Origin: Pseudomonadota bacterium
GTDB taxonomy: Bacteria; Bdellovibrionota; Bdellovibrionia; Bdellovibrionales; SG-bin7
Direction: 5' to 3'
Length of the DNA stretch: 41,295 bases
NCBI GenBank assembly: GCA_034439715.1
Contig: JAWXAY010000049.1
Coordinates: 1 to 41,295, forward strand
In this document: positions 7,393-16,263 of the stretch, one piece after another
How the letters are laid out: every line of letters begins with the position of its first letter
How positions within the stretch are numbered: position 1 is the stretch's first letter
Translations under genes and position numbers: made by a program
Notes under the pieces: generated by a model
Databases searched by the model: none
Told to the model about the DNA's origin: nothing
What the model saw: the letters and a program-made list of their open reading frames with translations, nothing else

Positions 7393-8004
7393 CTACTTTT
7401 TAATTCCTTCATCAGCTAATTTTTTAAGCTCTGCAACCATTGTTTCGAATTGCTCAGACTTAAACAGCAAGCCATCCCACGTCAAAAAACCGCTGGGAGT
7501 GAGGGCAAAACTCGATTTTTCGCCGTCAATAAATTCAACGGCTAAAAGCTCATCATTTTTTGTCGGAACAAATGGGGGCGGGCGAGGATCTTGGATAGCA
7601 AGGGTACAGTATTTTGCGAGCCATTTTTCAATGGCAACTGTATCAAGTCCTTTTTTTTCAGGCGCTACAGTAATCCAATTCATACCCTCTTGCTCAACTT
7701 TCAATCCCGACTTTGTTTGCAGACTCTTAACCCGAGTTTCGCACCAGCGAAGGCTTTCAGCACTGCTTGAAACACCGGGGCGAGTGGCTTTAATTATTTT
7801 TTTATTCATGGTTTTTTGTTTTAGAACTCCCTCTTCAGCATTAGCGCGCGACAATTCGACACGGACAGGACTTGATTCGGATAAATAACCTATGGCTTGT
7901 ATTGTTTCGCTCAAATGGCCTTTTTGCACATACTGAATTGTCCAAAGGACAGACATAAAACAGATCACAAGTGTTATAACTTTGAGCTTGAGACCTAATT
8001 TCAT
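7393..8004 (-). CDS. Hypothetical membrane-anchored protein
   Basis: 203 aa, N-terminal hydrophobic helix, GGGGG SD-like sequence; lies between two tRNAs. Confidence 0.7.
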   Translation of the reverse strand: MKLGLKLKVITLVICFMSVLWTIQYVQKGHLSETIQAIGYLSESSPVRVELSRANAEEGVLKQKTMNKKIIKATRPGVSSSAESLRWCETRVKSLQTKSGLKVEQEGMNWITVAPEKKGLDTVAIEKWLAKYCTLAIQDPRPPPFVPTKNDELLAVEFIDGEKSSFALTPSGFLTWDGLLFKSEQFETMVAELKKLADEGIKK

Positions 8005-8035
8005 TTAAACCCCCAAAAAAATTTTCATAGAAAAA

Positions 8036-8112
8036 TGGTGCGCCCGGAAGGAGTTGAACCTCCGACCACATGATTCGTAGTCATGTACTCTATCCAACTG
8101 AGCTACGGGCGC
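8036..8112 (-). tRNA. tRNA-Arg (ACG)
   Basis: Reverse complement GCGCCCGTAGCTCAGTTGGATAGAGTACATGACT-ACG-AATCATGTGGTCGGAGGTTCAACTCCTTCCGGGCGCACCA. Confidence 0.97.
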
Positions 8113-8170
8113 ACAGAACCTTAACTTTTAAGTTTTGCACTGTAGACATAATGTGCTAATAAATCAAGTC

Positions 8171-8758
8171 ATGGATACTTCTCTCATCTGGAAAAACTGC
8201 TTAACCGATGCGCAAAAATTAATATCAACTTTTATGTCGGAAGGCCAAAACTTAGAGGCTTGCGCTCGATTTTCAACATTATTGATAGATACATTTAAAC
8301 ATAATCAAATCGCCTTCGCCTGTGGAAATGGCGGCAGTCATTGTGATGCCATGCATTTTGCTGAGGAGTTTACGGGTCGCTACCGAAAAGAACGCAGACC
8401 ACTCGGCGCTTTAGCTTTAGGAGATCCCAGTCATATTACCTGCGTGGGTAATGACTATGGTTTCGAACACATTTTTGAGAGACAGCTTCGCGGTCTGGGT
8501 AAAAAAGGTGATTTGTTGCTGGCGATTTCAACTAGCGGAAATTCTAAAAATGTAATATTGGCGGTCGAGGCCGCTAAAGCAATTGGGATGAAAACCGTAG
8601 GTCTCTTAGGGCGGGACGGTGGAAAACTTAAAAACCAATGTGATATTTCTATCGTGGTGCCCGCTCAGACTAGCGACCGAATCCAAGAAATCCATATCAA
8701 GATAATTCATACGGTTATCGAGACCGTTGAGCGCGCATTGTTCCCAGAAAACTATTAG
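8171..8758 (+). CDS. gmhA: D-sedoheptulose 7-phosphate isomerase (SIS domain)
   Basis: CGNGGSHCDAMHFAEE, ISTSGNS, RIQEIH motifs. ATG 8171 preferred over TTG 8135. Confidence 0.93.
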   Translation: MDTSLIWKNCLTDAQKLISTFMSEGQNLEACARFSTLLIDTFKHNQIAFACGNGGSHCDAMHFAEEFTGRYRKERRPLGALALGDPSHITCVGNDYGFEHIFERQLRGLGKKGDLLLAISTSGNSKNVILAVEAAKAIGMKTVGLLGRDGGKLKNQCDISIVVPAQTSDRIQEIHIKIIHTVIETVERALFPENY

Positions 8759-8830
8759 GCTTGCCTTGGCATTAGGGCTATGGCAATTTGGCTTTTAGCC
8801 GTGAGCGTTTTATTACGTTTGTTCCATCGT

Positions 8831-8922
8831 GGAGAGGTGGGTGAGTGGCTTAAACCAGCAGTTTGCTAAATTGCCGTACGGTTAACACTGTACCGCGGGT
8901 TCAAATCCCGCTCTCTCCACCA
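8831..8922 (+). tRNA. tRNA-Ser (GCT)
   Basis: GGAGAGG acceptor, GCAGT-TTGCTAA-ATTGC anticodon arm, long variable arm, GCGGG-TTCAAAT-CCCGC T arm, CCA end. Confidence 0.96.
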
Positions 8923-8945
8923 ACTCGATTTCCCACGTTAAAAAT

Positions 8946-10985
8946 CTAAAGGTATGTTGTTGTTGTAGTGGGAAATGCCACATTACATGGTCCACCAAAC
9001 CCAAAAAGACCGAATGACAGACGGCGAATTAAAACATCCGCTTTGGTGCCTGCCGCAATAGTGCCAAAACCCGTTTTTGCATCTGTTGGAGGGAACAACG
9101 TGCAAGATCCCGTATAAGGATAATTCCATGTGTATAGAATAGCTTTGGCAGTATCGCGAATAAGGTACAAATCAAAAATCTGATTACCCCCGATAACCCC
9201 CACATACTTGTAATAAAGTCTTGGCGCAACATCCACTATGACTACAGTGGCTGACGTTGAAACTGAACCAGCAATGTTACTGGCCGTCATTTTGTAAACG
9301 CCGGCGTCACTAAGGAAAGTACCGGCTTTTTGGTAATATGAAGTTTCTTGATTAGGAATTATAACGCCGTCTTTCTGCCACAAAATCTTTAAGTCGAAAC
9401 CGGTAACTTGCGCTTTTAGAAAGAGATTTTCTCCGGAGTTTAAAGTTATATTTGTTAAACCAAGGGTAATGACGGGTGGAGCTAACACAGAGACATTTAC
9501 TTGCGACGTGTTTGAATCTAAGACGCCATCATTGGCCTTGTATGTAAAGATATCAGCCCCCATAAAAGCTGCGTTTGGGGTGTAACGAAATCTGTTATTA
9601 ACTACAGCAACTTTTCCATTTGTTGGCTGTGTGACTACTGAAAAATTTAGTATAACGCTATCGATGTCAGTAGCATTTGGTGTGATATCGACTCCCGCTT
9701 GAGTTGATTGAGCAGTTACCGGTAACGATACAGGTGGATCATTCACGGGCGTAACATTTATAGTAATGATTCTTGGCAAAGAAGTTAAACTGGCATCACG
9801 GGCAGCAAACTGAAAACTATCGGCGCCGTTAGAATTGGCATTAGGTCTGTAAGTTAATGTTCCCACACTGACGTTAAAATTCGAGATAAAACCTCTGGTG
9901 GGTTGTGTGACCAACCGATAGGTAATTGCATCGCCATCGGAATCGGTAGCCAACAATTGTATGTTTGTGCTCGTATCTTCGTTAACAGCTACAGTTACGT
10001 TTTGCGCGACAGGAGCATCATTGACGTTATTAAGATTTACTGTAATCGCTGCGGTATTTGAAAAATTGACTCCATCCCTTGCTCTGAAAGTAAAGGTGTC
10101 AGCACCGTTGGCATTAACGTTGGGTGTGTATCTGAAAGCACCTGTGTTGATGTTGGTTATAACTACGATACCTTTTTGTGGTGGCGCAACCAGCGAGTAT
10201 AAAATACTATCACCGTCAATATCCGCAGCACTTAAAACCCCATTGACCGCAACATCTTCATCCGTATTTACATTTCCATTTGTCGCGACTGGCAAATCAT
10301 TGACTGTGGCGATAGTCAAATTAACGGTTCCTTCTGCAGAGGTTAGTTCTCCATCAGTGACATTATAAGAAAATGAGTCAGCCCCGTTAGCATTCGCTTG
10401 AGGAGAGTACACATAACTACCGTCCGGGCTAACTACTACAGAACCTTTCAGCGAAGTTTTCGCGATACTAAAGGTGAGCGCCGAACTATCAACGTCAGAC
10501 CCTAATATTTTTCCCATTTTTACAGTATCTTCGGTGGCGGTTACAGCAGTTGTAGTTGCATTTGGCGCGTCGTTAACTGGAGTGATTTCAATGTCGATTC
10601 TATGTCGCTCCGATAAAATACTATTATCAATAATTGCAACAACTTCAAATGAATCAAGTCCATTGTTGTTTTCATCGGGTACATATTCAAAATTTGCAGT
10701 GATTTCGTCAAATGAATTTATTTTTCCTAAAGTGGGTTGAGTGGCGACAGAATATTTAAGACGATTATCGGGATCAGCATAAACTCGTGCTTGGCCAGAA
10801 ATTGTGATGTCTTCTAAGGTTACTAATTTACTTTGGGCATCTGAATTTATATTCGAGGCTAAATAGCTGAATTGCTCTGAACCAAGACTTCTAAATCCCT
10901 CTTCGCCACAGCTCTGAAACGATACGACAATTGCTGAAAGGTAGCTGCAAACAACAAATACACTGAGTATCTTTTTAATCGTCAT
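8946..10985 (-). CDS. Secreted/lipoprotein-like adhesin with five Big_9/cadherin-like (tandem-95) repeats, an I-set-like Ig domain and a short C-terminal tip
   Basis: Signal ending FQSCG; repeats bounded by VND-xP with ED...D.D.D.L...YTP.AN.NGAD.F; WQKDG...DAGVY Ig motif. ATG 10985 has GGGGGA SD (track start 10997). Confidence 0.85.
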   Translation of the reverse strand: MTIKKILSVFVVCSYLSAIVVSFQSCGEEGFRSLGSEQFSYLASNINSDAQSKLVTLEDITISGQARVYADPDNRLKYSVATQPTLGKINSFDEITANFEYVPDENNNGLDSFEVVAIIDNSILSERHRIDIEITPVNDAPNATTTAVTATEDTVKMGKILGSDVDSSALTFSIAKTSLKGSVVVSPDGSYVYSPQANANGADSFSYNVTDGELTSAEGTVNLTIATVNDLPVATNGNVNTDEDVAVNGVLSAADIDGDSILYSLVAPPQKGIVVITNINTGAFRYTPNVNANGADTFTFRARDGVNFSNTAAITVNLNNVNDAPVAQNVTVAVNEDTSTNIQLLATDSDGDAITYRLVTQPTRGFISNFNVSVGTLTYRPNANSNGADSFQFAARDASLTSLPRIITINVTPVNDPPVSLPVTAQSTQAGVDITPNATDIDSVILNFSVVTQPTNGKVAVVNNRFRYTPNAAFMGADIFTYKANDGVLDSNTSQVNVSVLAPPVITLGLTNITLNSGENLFLKAQVTGFDLKILWQKDGVIIPNQETSYYQKAGTFLSDAGVYKMTASNIAGSVSTSATVVIVDVAPRLYYKYVGVIGGNQIFDLYLIRDTAKAILYTWNYPYTGSCTLFPPTDAKTGFGTIAAGTKADVLIRRLSFGLFGFGGPCNVAFPTTTTTYL

Positions 10986-11015
10986 TACATCCCCCATGCA
11001 CTAACTTATATGTAA

Positions 11016-11031
11016 TGCAATTCAAATGCCG
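11016..11031 (-). promoter_or_regulatory. Putative sigma54 (-24/-12) promoter for the Ig-repeat gene
   Basis: Minus strand CGGCATTTGAATTGCA has GG-N10-GC with TTGCA, ~30 nt upstream of the start codon. Confidence 0.65.
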
Positions 11032-11144
11032 TCATTCGGAGGGTTTTTCAATATCTTATAATCAAATACTGTCCAAAATTAAGTCTGCTGTACACAGGCC
11101 CAACGGGTCAAAATGAGACGAAAATTCGCACGGATCTACTGACT

Positions 11145-11732
11145 CTATTTTTTACCCCAAATTTTTTCGAGGTATTGGTCTCTGCCAGAGTTGTGGCGAT
11201 AATACTTGTAGCGGATTGGATTTTTTTTGTAATAATCCTGGTGGTACTCTTCGGCCCTATAAAAGGTCGTAGCCAATGTAATCTCCGTCACAATCTTCTT
11301 TCCGAATTTTTGGGACTTGTCCTTGTTTTCTTTAGATTGTGTGGCCTGTTTTTTTTGTTCGTCGTTATGATAAAAAATGGCCGTGCGATATTGACTGCCA
11401 ATATCTACAAACTGACTGTTTAGTGTTGTGGGATCAATATTCATCCAAAATATTTCTAATAACTTTTCGTAACTTACTTTTTTAGGGTCAAAAGAAATCT
11501 GCACAATTTCAGTGTGTCCCGTGGTACCGGCCGACACCTCTTCGTAAGTAGGATTCAGTTTCGGCCCCCCCATATATCCCGAAATGACTTCTTTGACTCC
11601 ATCTAGTTTTTCAAATGGGGGCTCCATACACCAAAAACAGCCACCGGCGAAAGTCGCTGTTTCGAGCTTATTGTCTTGGGCCCAAGTGACTCCGATATTT
11701 AGAAAAATAATCGCAAAAATTAGGTTTTTCAT
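11145..11732 (-). CDS. msrA: Peptide methionine sulfoxide reductase A with signal peptide
   Basis: AGGCFWC, AEEYHQDYY motifs. ATG 11732 (TAATG overlap) gives signal MKNLIFAIIFLNIGVTWA. Confidence 0.93.
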   Translation of the reverse strand: MKNLIFAIIFLNIGVTWAQDNKLETATFAGGCFWCMEPPFEKLDGVKEVISGYMGGPKLNPTYEEVSAGTTGHTEIVQISFDPKKVSYEKLLEIFWMNIDPTTLNSQFVDIGSQYRTAIFYHNDEQKKQATQSKENKDKSQKFGKKIVTEITLATTFYRAEEYHQDYYKKNPIRYKYYRHNSGRDQYLEKIWGKK

Positions 11733-12841
11733 TAATGTGGTACTCCTGTTATAAATGGTAGCACAATCGAAACTATAAAAAGCAAGACAATGATCCATTC
11801 CAGCAGTTCCATGCGAAAAGTGTTGCTTTGGTCATTAACTTTTTCGTAAATACTTTCAAGCGCGCTAATTTTACGAAGTATGCTTTTATCCCACTCCTCT
11901 AAGTGAAATTTGTTAGAGACCATTCGATAGACTCGCGCCAAGTATTGGTCGCCCAGTAATTTTAGGGCATTATTTATTCCCTCAAAAAGAAAGGCGCTAT
12001 CAATTTGGAGACGACCAATTTTTCTCAGTTCAGAGTTCACCACGCCCGGAAAATTAAATTTTAATTTCGCCAGCCGACTTGCCGTTTCATAAGCACGATC
12101 GAGCGAGTTGTCTAATTTTAAATCTAGATAGGATAATTGTAGTAACTCAACGTTTGCAAACTCAATGACGGCCCGAACATCGTCAGCTTTTGGGTCGATT
12201 AGTATGGCCGTATTCCAATCAAGAATCATTAAGTCATTGTTGGTGTACCCCAGGTGGGCACTTGTCGCATCTCGAATTTCATCATCAGATAGATCCTGCT
12301 GTTCTGATCTTAAAATTTTTGCAATAACCAAAGCGTTTCTCTTGATAAAATCCGTGAGCGGCGAAGCCATGGAGTAGTTTGTAATTTGGAAAACCTTATA
12401 CTCCTCAAAATGCTCATTGATCATAAGTTTATCAATCGCAGGTTCAATTTCATTAACCAGGTTTACCATTACTTCACGGCATTTTTTCTCTAGAACTTCA
12501 TTTTCATAAAGCAAAAAACTTAAATCGACTAGAGATTCCAAAGTTCCGGTAAATGGTATTTTTATTTGCATAGAAATGGCGCCGAAATCAAAAATCGTAG
12601 CTTCGATTTCGGGAAGGGTTGCAAAGTTTCCGATATTAATTTCTGTAATAGTTTGGCTAATTTTAACAGGCTGGGGCTCAAACTCGAAATACCAAGGCGA
12701 GCGTTTATCCTGACGAATTTTTGCACGTTCGGTTAACTGAGTGAATCTTTTTTGTGCCCTTTCGAGATCAATGGCAAAGCCCACGTCGTAAGCAAAATAG
12801 ACGTGTGCGATACCCTTTTCAATTACTGTCGGTTCGCCCAT
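11732..12841 (-). CDS. Conserved hypothetical protein, RMD1/DUF155- or CorA-like helical fold with C-terminal TM (LEWIIVLL)
   Basis: FDFGA motif and C-terminal ELLEWIIVLLFIV. ATG 12841 has GAGG SD. Confidence 0.6.
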   Translation of the reverse strand: MGEPTVIEKGIAHVYFAYDVGFAIDLERAQKRFTQLTERAKIRQDKRSPWYFEFEPQPVKISQTITEINIGNFATLPEIEATIFDFGAISMQIKIPFTGTLESLVDLSFLLYENEVLEKKCREVMVNLVNEIEPAIDKLMINEHFEEYKVFQITNYSMASPLTDFIKRNALVIAKILRSEQQDLSDDEIRDATSAHLGYTNNDLMILDWNTAILIDPKADDVRAVIEFANVELLQLSYLDLKLDNSLDRAYETASRLAKLKFNFPGVVNSELRKIGRLQIDSAFLFEGINNALKLLGDQYLARVYRMVSNKFHLEEWDKSILRKISALESIYEKVNDQSNTFRMELLEWIIVLLFIVSIVLPFITGVPH

Positions 12842-13190
12842 AGGCGTCCTCAAATCTCACCACATCATCCAACTCGGGCGTCGAAACCTCAAAGATGTCA
12901 GTATCTTCAAGTGCAATCATACGGTGTTTTCGGCGAGGCAAAATGTTATGCGCTTGTCCCACTGACAAAATAGTGCTTTCCAACTTTCCCTCGTCACTTT
13001 CGTATTGAAACTCTATTTTTCCTTTATGAATTAAGATTGTTTCTTCTTTAGTGAGATGATGTTGAAGGGAGAGCTTGTGACCCTTGTTGATATGGAGAAT
13101 TTTACCGACATATTTGGCTGTTTTGGCCCAGATGAGCTCATAACCCCACGGCTTTTCAACTCTCTTAATTTCTGACTTGGACACCGTCAC
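12819..13190 (-). CDS. Cupin domain protein (mannose-6-phosphate isomerase C-terminal-like)
   Basis: KPWG, LSLQHH..KEE, HR, EVSTPELDDVVRFEDAYGR. Confidence 0.85.
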   Translation of the reverse strand: MTVSKSEIKRVEKPWGYELIWAKTAKYVGKILHINKGHKLSLQHHLTKEETILIHKGKIEFQYESDEGKLESTILSVGQAHNILPRRKHRMIALEDTDIFEVSTPELDDVVRFEDAYGRTDSN

Positions 13191-13296
13191 CCCTTGTCCA
13201 CCGCTTGTCAGCAGACCAGAATAGTTTATTTGGTTCCCAGGCTTAAGTCCAGAGTCAAGTTTCTATATCTACGCGCCGAAGAGAGACATTGAATAT

Positions 13297-13863
13297 ATGA
13301 GTTATAAAATTAAGCCCCGAACCAATTTTAGGCGAGCCACGCGCTATCAATTACATCCCCAAGAGCGGAAAGTAGTGCGTTTTTCTTCTTCTAGTGGGGC
13401 CACACACTCCCACCATGGTGAACTCCTTGATTTTTCTGCAAATGGCGTAGGTTTTATTTTGCCTTTGGCGCTTGCTCCTGATTTCAACGAACACATTAAT
13501 TTGTCCTTTGATCTGCCTGACGGGGAAACGGTGGCCTGGATTGCTGCGGTAAGGCGTCTTGAAACATTGCCCCAAAACTTTGTAAGAGTCGGCGCTGAGT
13601 TTATGGACCCACCCAACAAGATTAGAGAGCTCATTCGCGACACAGTGAGTGGCAACAAGCGGCGGTCTGTAAATGCCGTATTTACGAATTTTTGGGGCTC
13701 TGGGGTAAGGCAATGGGTCAATGCTAAAGAGCTCTCGGGCAACTGGCAAAATGCGCTGCTGGTAGTAGCCCTTTTGGGCTTCGGAACCTATTTGTATTAC
13801 TATTTAAATTCTAGTTCCGACTTTCAAAACTTGCCTTGGCTCGAAAGTTTTATTAGTAAATAG
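13297..13863 (+). CDS. PilZ domain protein with C-terminal TM helix
   Basis: RRATR (RxxxR) and DFSANG (DxSxxG) c-di-GMP motifs. Confidence 0.85.
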   Translation: MSYKIKPRTNFRRATRYQLHPQERKVVRFSSSSGATHSHHGELLDFSANGVGFILPLALAPDFNEHINLSFDLPDGETVAWIAAVRRLETLPQNFVRVGAEFMDPPNKIRELIRDTVSGNKRRSVNAVFTNFWGSGVRQWVNAKELSGNWQNALLVVALLGFGTYLYYYLNSSSDFQNLPWLESFISK

Positions 13864-13891
13864 CCTTCAGAATCATTTTTTTGGAGGAAAT

Positions 13892-14317
13892 ATGTCAAAA
13901 GAGCTCACCTTTAGTATCATTAAACCAAATTCTATGAATAAAAACTGCATTGGAAAAATCATAGATATTTTTGAAAAAAATGGCCTTCGAATTGCCGCCG
14001 CAAAATTAACAGTCCTTTCAAAAAGTAAGTGCGAAGAGTTCTATGCGGAACATAAGGCACGACCTTTCTTTGGCGAATTAGTCTCGTTTATGACTAGCGG
14101 GCCTGTCCTACTAATGGCTCTTTCAGGCGAAGGGGCTGTTAGCAAAAATCGAGAAGTCATGGGCGCTACCGATCCCAAAAAAGCGGCTCCCGGCACTATC
14201 CGTGCACTTTTTGGCGACAGCATGGGCGAAAATTCCGTTCATGGCAGTGATAGTGCCGCAAGTGCAGAGCGAGAGTTGGCTTTGTTTTTTGAGCCCAAAG
14301 AAATTTGCAATAAATAG
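13892..14317 (+). CDS. ndk: Nucleoside diphosphate kinase
   Basis: [20 protein letters not shown]. Confidence 0.98.
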   Translation: MSKELTFSIIKPNSMNKNCIGKIIDIFEKNGLRIAAAKLTVLSKSKCEEFYAEHKARPFFGELVSFMTSGPVLLMALSGEGAVSKNREVMGATDPKKAAPGTIRALFGDSMGENSVHGSDSAASAERELALFFEPKEICNK

Positions 14318-14319
14318 TT

Positions 14320-15459
14320 TTGTCGATTAAATCGGGCGATATTTTAGAGTTAAGTATTGAGAAATTAACTTTTAAGGGCGCAGGCATAGCTCGCATTGAT
14401 AATTTTGTGGTATTTGTCCCTGATTCCTGCCCAGGCGATAAAGTCCGAGTAAAAATTACGAAGCTAAAGTCTACTTACGCCGAAAGTCGTCTCATAGAGG
14501 TTATCACCCCATCACAATCTCGTATAACTCCACCGTGCCCCTATTTCTCAGAATGTGGGGGCTGCCAATGGCAACATATTAACTACCCAGGGCAAATCTC
14601 TGAAAAAGGTTTGTTCCTAGAAGAATACTTTAATAAACACCTCAAAGTAGAAATTGAACGACCTATTTTTGTCTTTCCCTCTGACAAAGAGCTTCATTAT
14701 CGAAACCGTATTAGACTACATTGGGACGGGGAAATTCTCGGATACTTCAAAAGAACCTCTCACCAAATTATTCCCATCTCCGCCTGTTTAATTGCCAATG
14801 AAAAAATTAATTTAGTACTATCTGATCTTAGGCGTGAGCTCTGCAACAGCCACACGGGCCATAGGCGCGAGGCAGATATTTTTGTTGATGCTATGGGTAA
14901 AGCAGTCTTCAATATTTCACCACAAAACTCCCCCGCCATGTCTTTTCGACAGGTTAATGATTTTGTAAATTCAGCGCTGATAAATCAGACCAAAAATCTG
15001 ATCTCACAAAATATAAAAAATACCTATGATTTATATTGCGGCGAAGGCAATTTTGCTTTTTTTCTGGCGAAAAACTTAACCACAAAAATCATCGGCGTTG
15101 ATGTAAACAAAGAAAGTATAAAGAGAGCTGAGCAGAAAAGAATTCCCGGTACCGCTTTAAATTTACAGTTTGTTGTTCGAGATTCTTTAAAATATTTATG
15201 TGACCTAAAAACAATCCCGGCTGATTCCTGTTTTATTCTGAATCCCCCTAGATCGGGTTGTGCTCCAGAATTGATCATCGAAATACTTCGCCTTAGGCCT
15301 GCGCAAATTCTTTTTATTAGCTGTGACCCCCCAACCTTGGTAAGGGATCTGGTGGCTCTTGTGAAGGTCTACGATCTCTCATCCCTTTTTGCCTTTGATA
15401 TGTTTCCCCAAACCTTTCACGTTGAATGCCTAGTTAGTCTTGAACTTAGAGTTTTCTGA
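14320..15459 (+). CDS. 23S rRNA m5U methyltransferase, TRAM domain (RlmD/TrmA family)
   Basis: TRAM N-terminus, CPYFSECGGC Fe-S motif, SFRQVN, DLYCGEG, NPPR, ISC, FDMFPQTFHVE. Confidence 0.9.
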   Translation: MSIKSGDILELSIEKLTFKGAGIARIDNFVVFVPDSCPGDKVRVKITKLKSTYAESRLIEVITPSQSRITPPCPYFSECGGCQWQHINYPGQISEKGLFLEEYFNKHLKVEIERPIFVFPSDKELHYRNRIRLHWDGEILGYFKRTSHQIIPISACLIANEKINLVLSDLRRELCNSHTGHRREADIFVDAMGKAVFNISPQNSPAMSFRQVNDFVNSALINQTKNLISQNIKNTYDLYCGEGNFAFFLAKNLTTKIIGVDVNKESIKRAEQKRIPGTALNLQFVVRDSLKYLCDLKTIPADSCFILNPPRSGCAPELIIEILRLRPAQILFISCDPPTLVRDLVALVKVYDLSSLFAFDMFPQTFHVECLVSLELRVF

Positions 15460-15506
15460 CACATAGCATTTTTGCTCAAACCCAAAAGTTTTGATAGGTT
15501 TAATGG

Positions 15507-16259
15507 GTGATCAGATTAATTTTCTTAATACTATTATTAGCTTCCTGTTCAACATCCAACAAACATTCAAATAGCAAAGAGCTTTCTGAACTCCACCTTT
15601 CTCTTGGCACCGCACATTTAACACAAAAAAATTATCCGGCAGCACTGCGAGAGTTACTAGAGGCAGAACGACTGGATCCTACAAACTCGATAGCCCATAA
15701 TAATTTAGGCCTTGCCTACTTTGTGCGTAGTGACTTTTTAAAAGCTAAGGAACATCTCAAAAAAGCGTTAGAACTAAAACCTGAGTACGCCGATGCCCGA
15801 AGCAATCTTGGCCGCGTCTATCTAGAAATGGGCAATTACAGTCTCGCCGCAACCGAGTTTGACAAAGTTACCAAAGACTTACTTTATCCCGCCCCAGAAA
15901 AGGCATTCGTTAATTTAGGAATCGCGTATTTTAGCCTTAAAGACTACGCTACAGCTGAAAAGCATTTCGTTACGGCAATTGAGCTCAACAAAGATTATTG
16001 TGACGCCTATGTTTTTTTGGGAAGAACGTACTTTGAACAGAAAAGTTTTGCAAAAGCTGCCAAGCGGTTAGATTATGCTTCTCAGGTTTGTAAAAAAGTC
16101 GGATTTGATGAGCCACAGTATTTTAGCGCTCTTGCCTATGTCAAATTGGGTGAAAAGGAAAAGGCTGTAGCTCGCTTGGAGCAAATTATTGATGCAAGCC
16201 CAGAGGGTCCATACACGCAGAAATCAAAGGATCAGCTCAACATTTTAATCAAGGAATAG
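15507..16259 (+). CDS. TPR lipoprotein, type IV pilus secretin pilotin (Tgl/PilF/PilW-like)
   Basis: Lipobox LASC, TPR repeats, LLYPAPE motif, position upstream of rodZ-like gene. Confidence 0.8.
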   Translation: MIRLIFLILLLASCSTSNKHSNSKELSELHLSLGTAHLTQKNYPAALRELLEAERLDPTNSIAHNNLGLAYFVRSDFLKAKEHLKKALELKPEYADARSNLGRVYLEMGNYSLAATEFDKVTKDLLYPAPEKAFVNLGIAYFSLKDYATAEKHFVTAIELNKDYCDAYVFLGRTYFEQKSFAKAAKRLDYASQVCKKVGFDEPQYFSALAYVKLGEKEKAVARLEQIIDASPEGPYTQKSKDQLNILIKE

Positions 16260-16263
16260 GATT

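Noticed and set aside
7343..8071. ORFs 7343-7888 (+) and 7841-8071 (-)
   Set aside because: The first is antisense to 7393-8004; the second starts inside tRNA-Arg.
8946..10997. Repetitive sequence as possible CRISPR array or DGR repeat
   Set aside because: The repeats are degenerate protein-level Ig domains. I saw no identical spaced DNA repeats, cas genes or reverse transcriptase in the window.
15238..15258. NPPR instead of DPPR in the m5U methyltransferase as a sign of inactivation
   Set aside because: NPPR occurs in active family members such as RlmC, and the catalytic Cys (ISC) and other motifs are intact.
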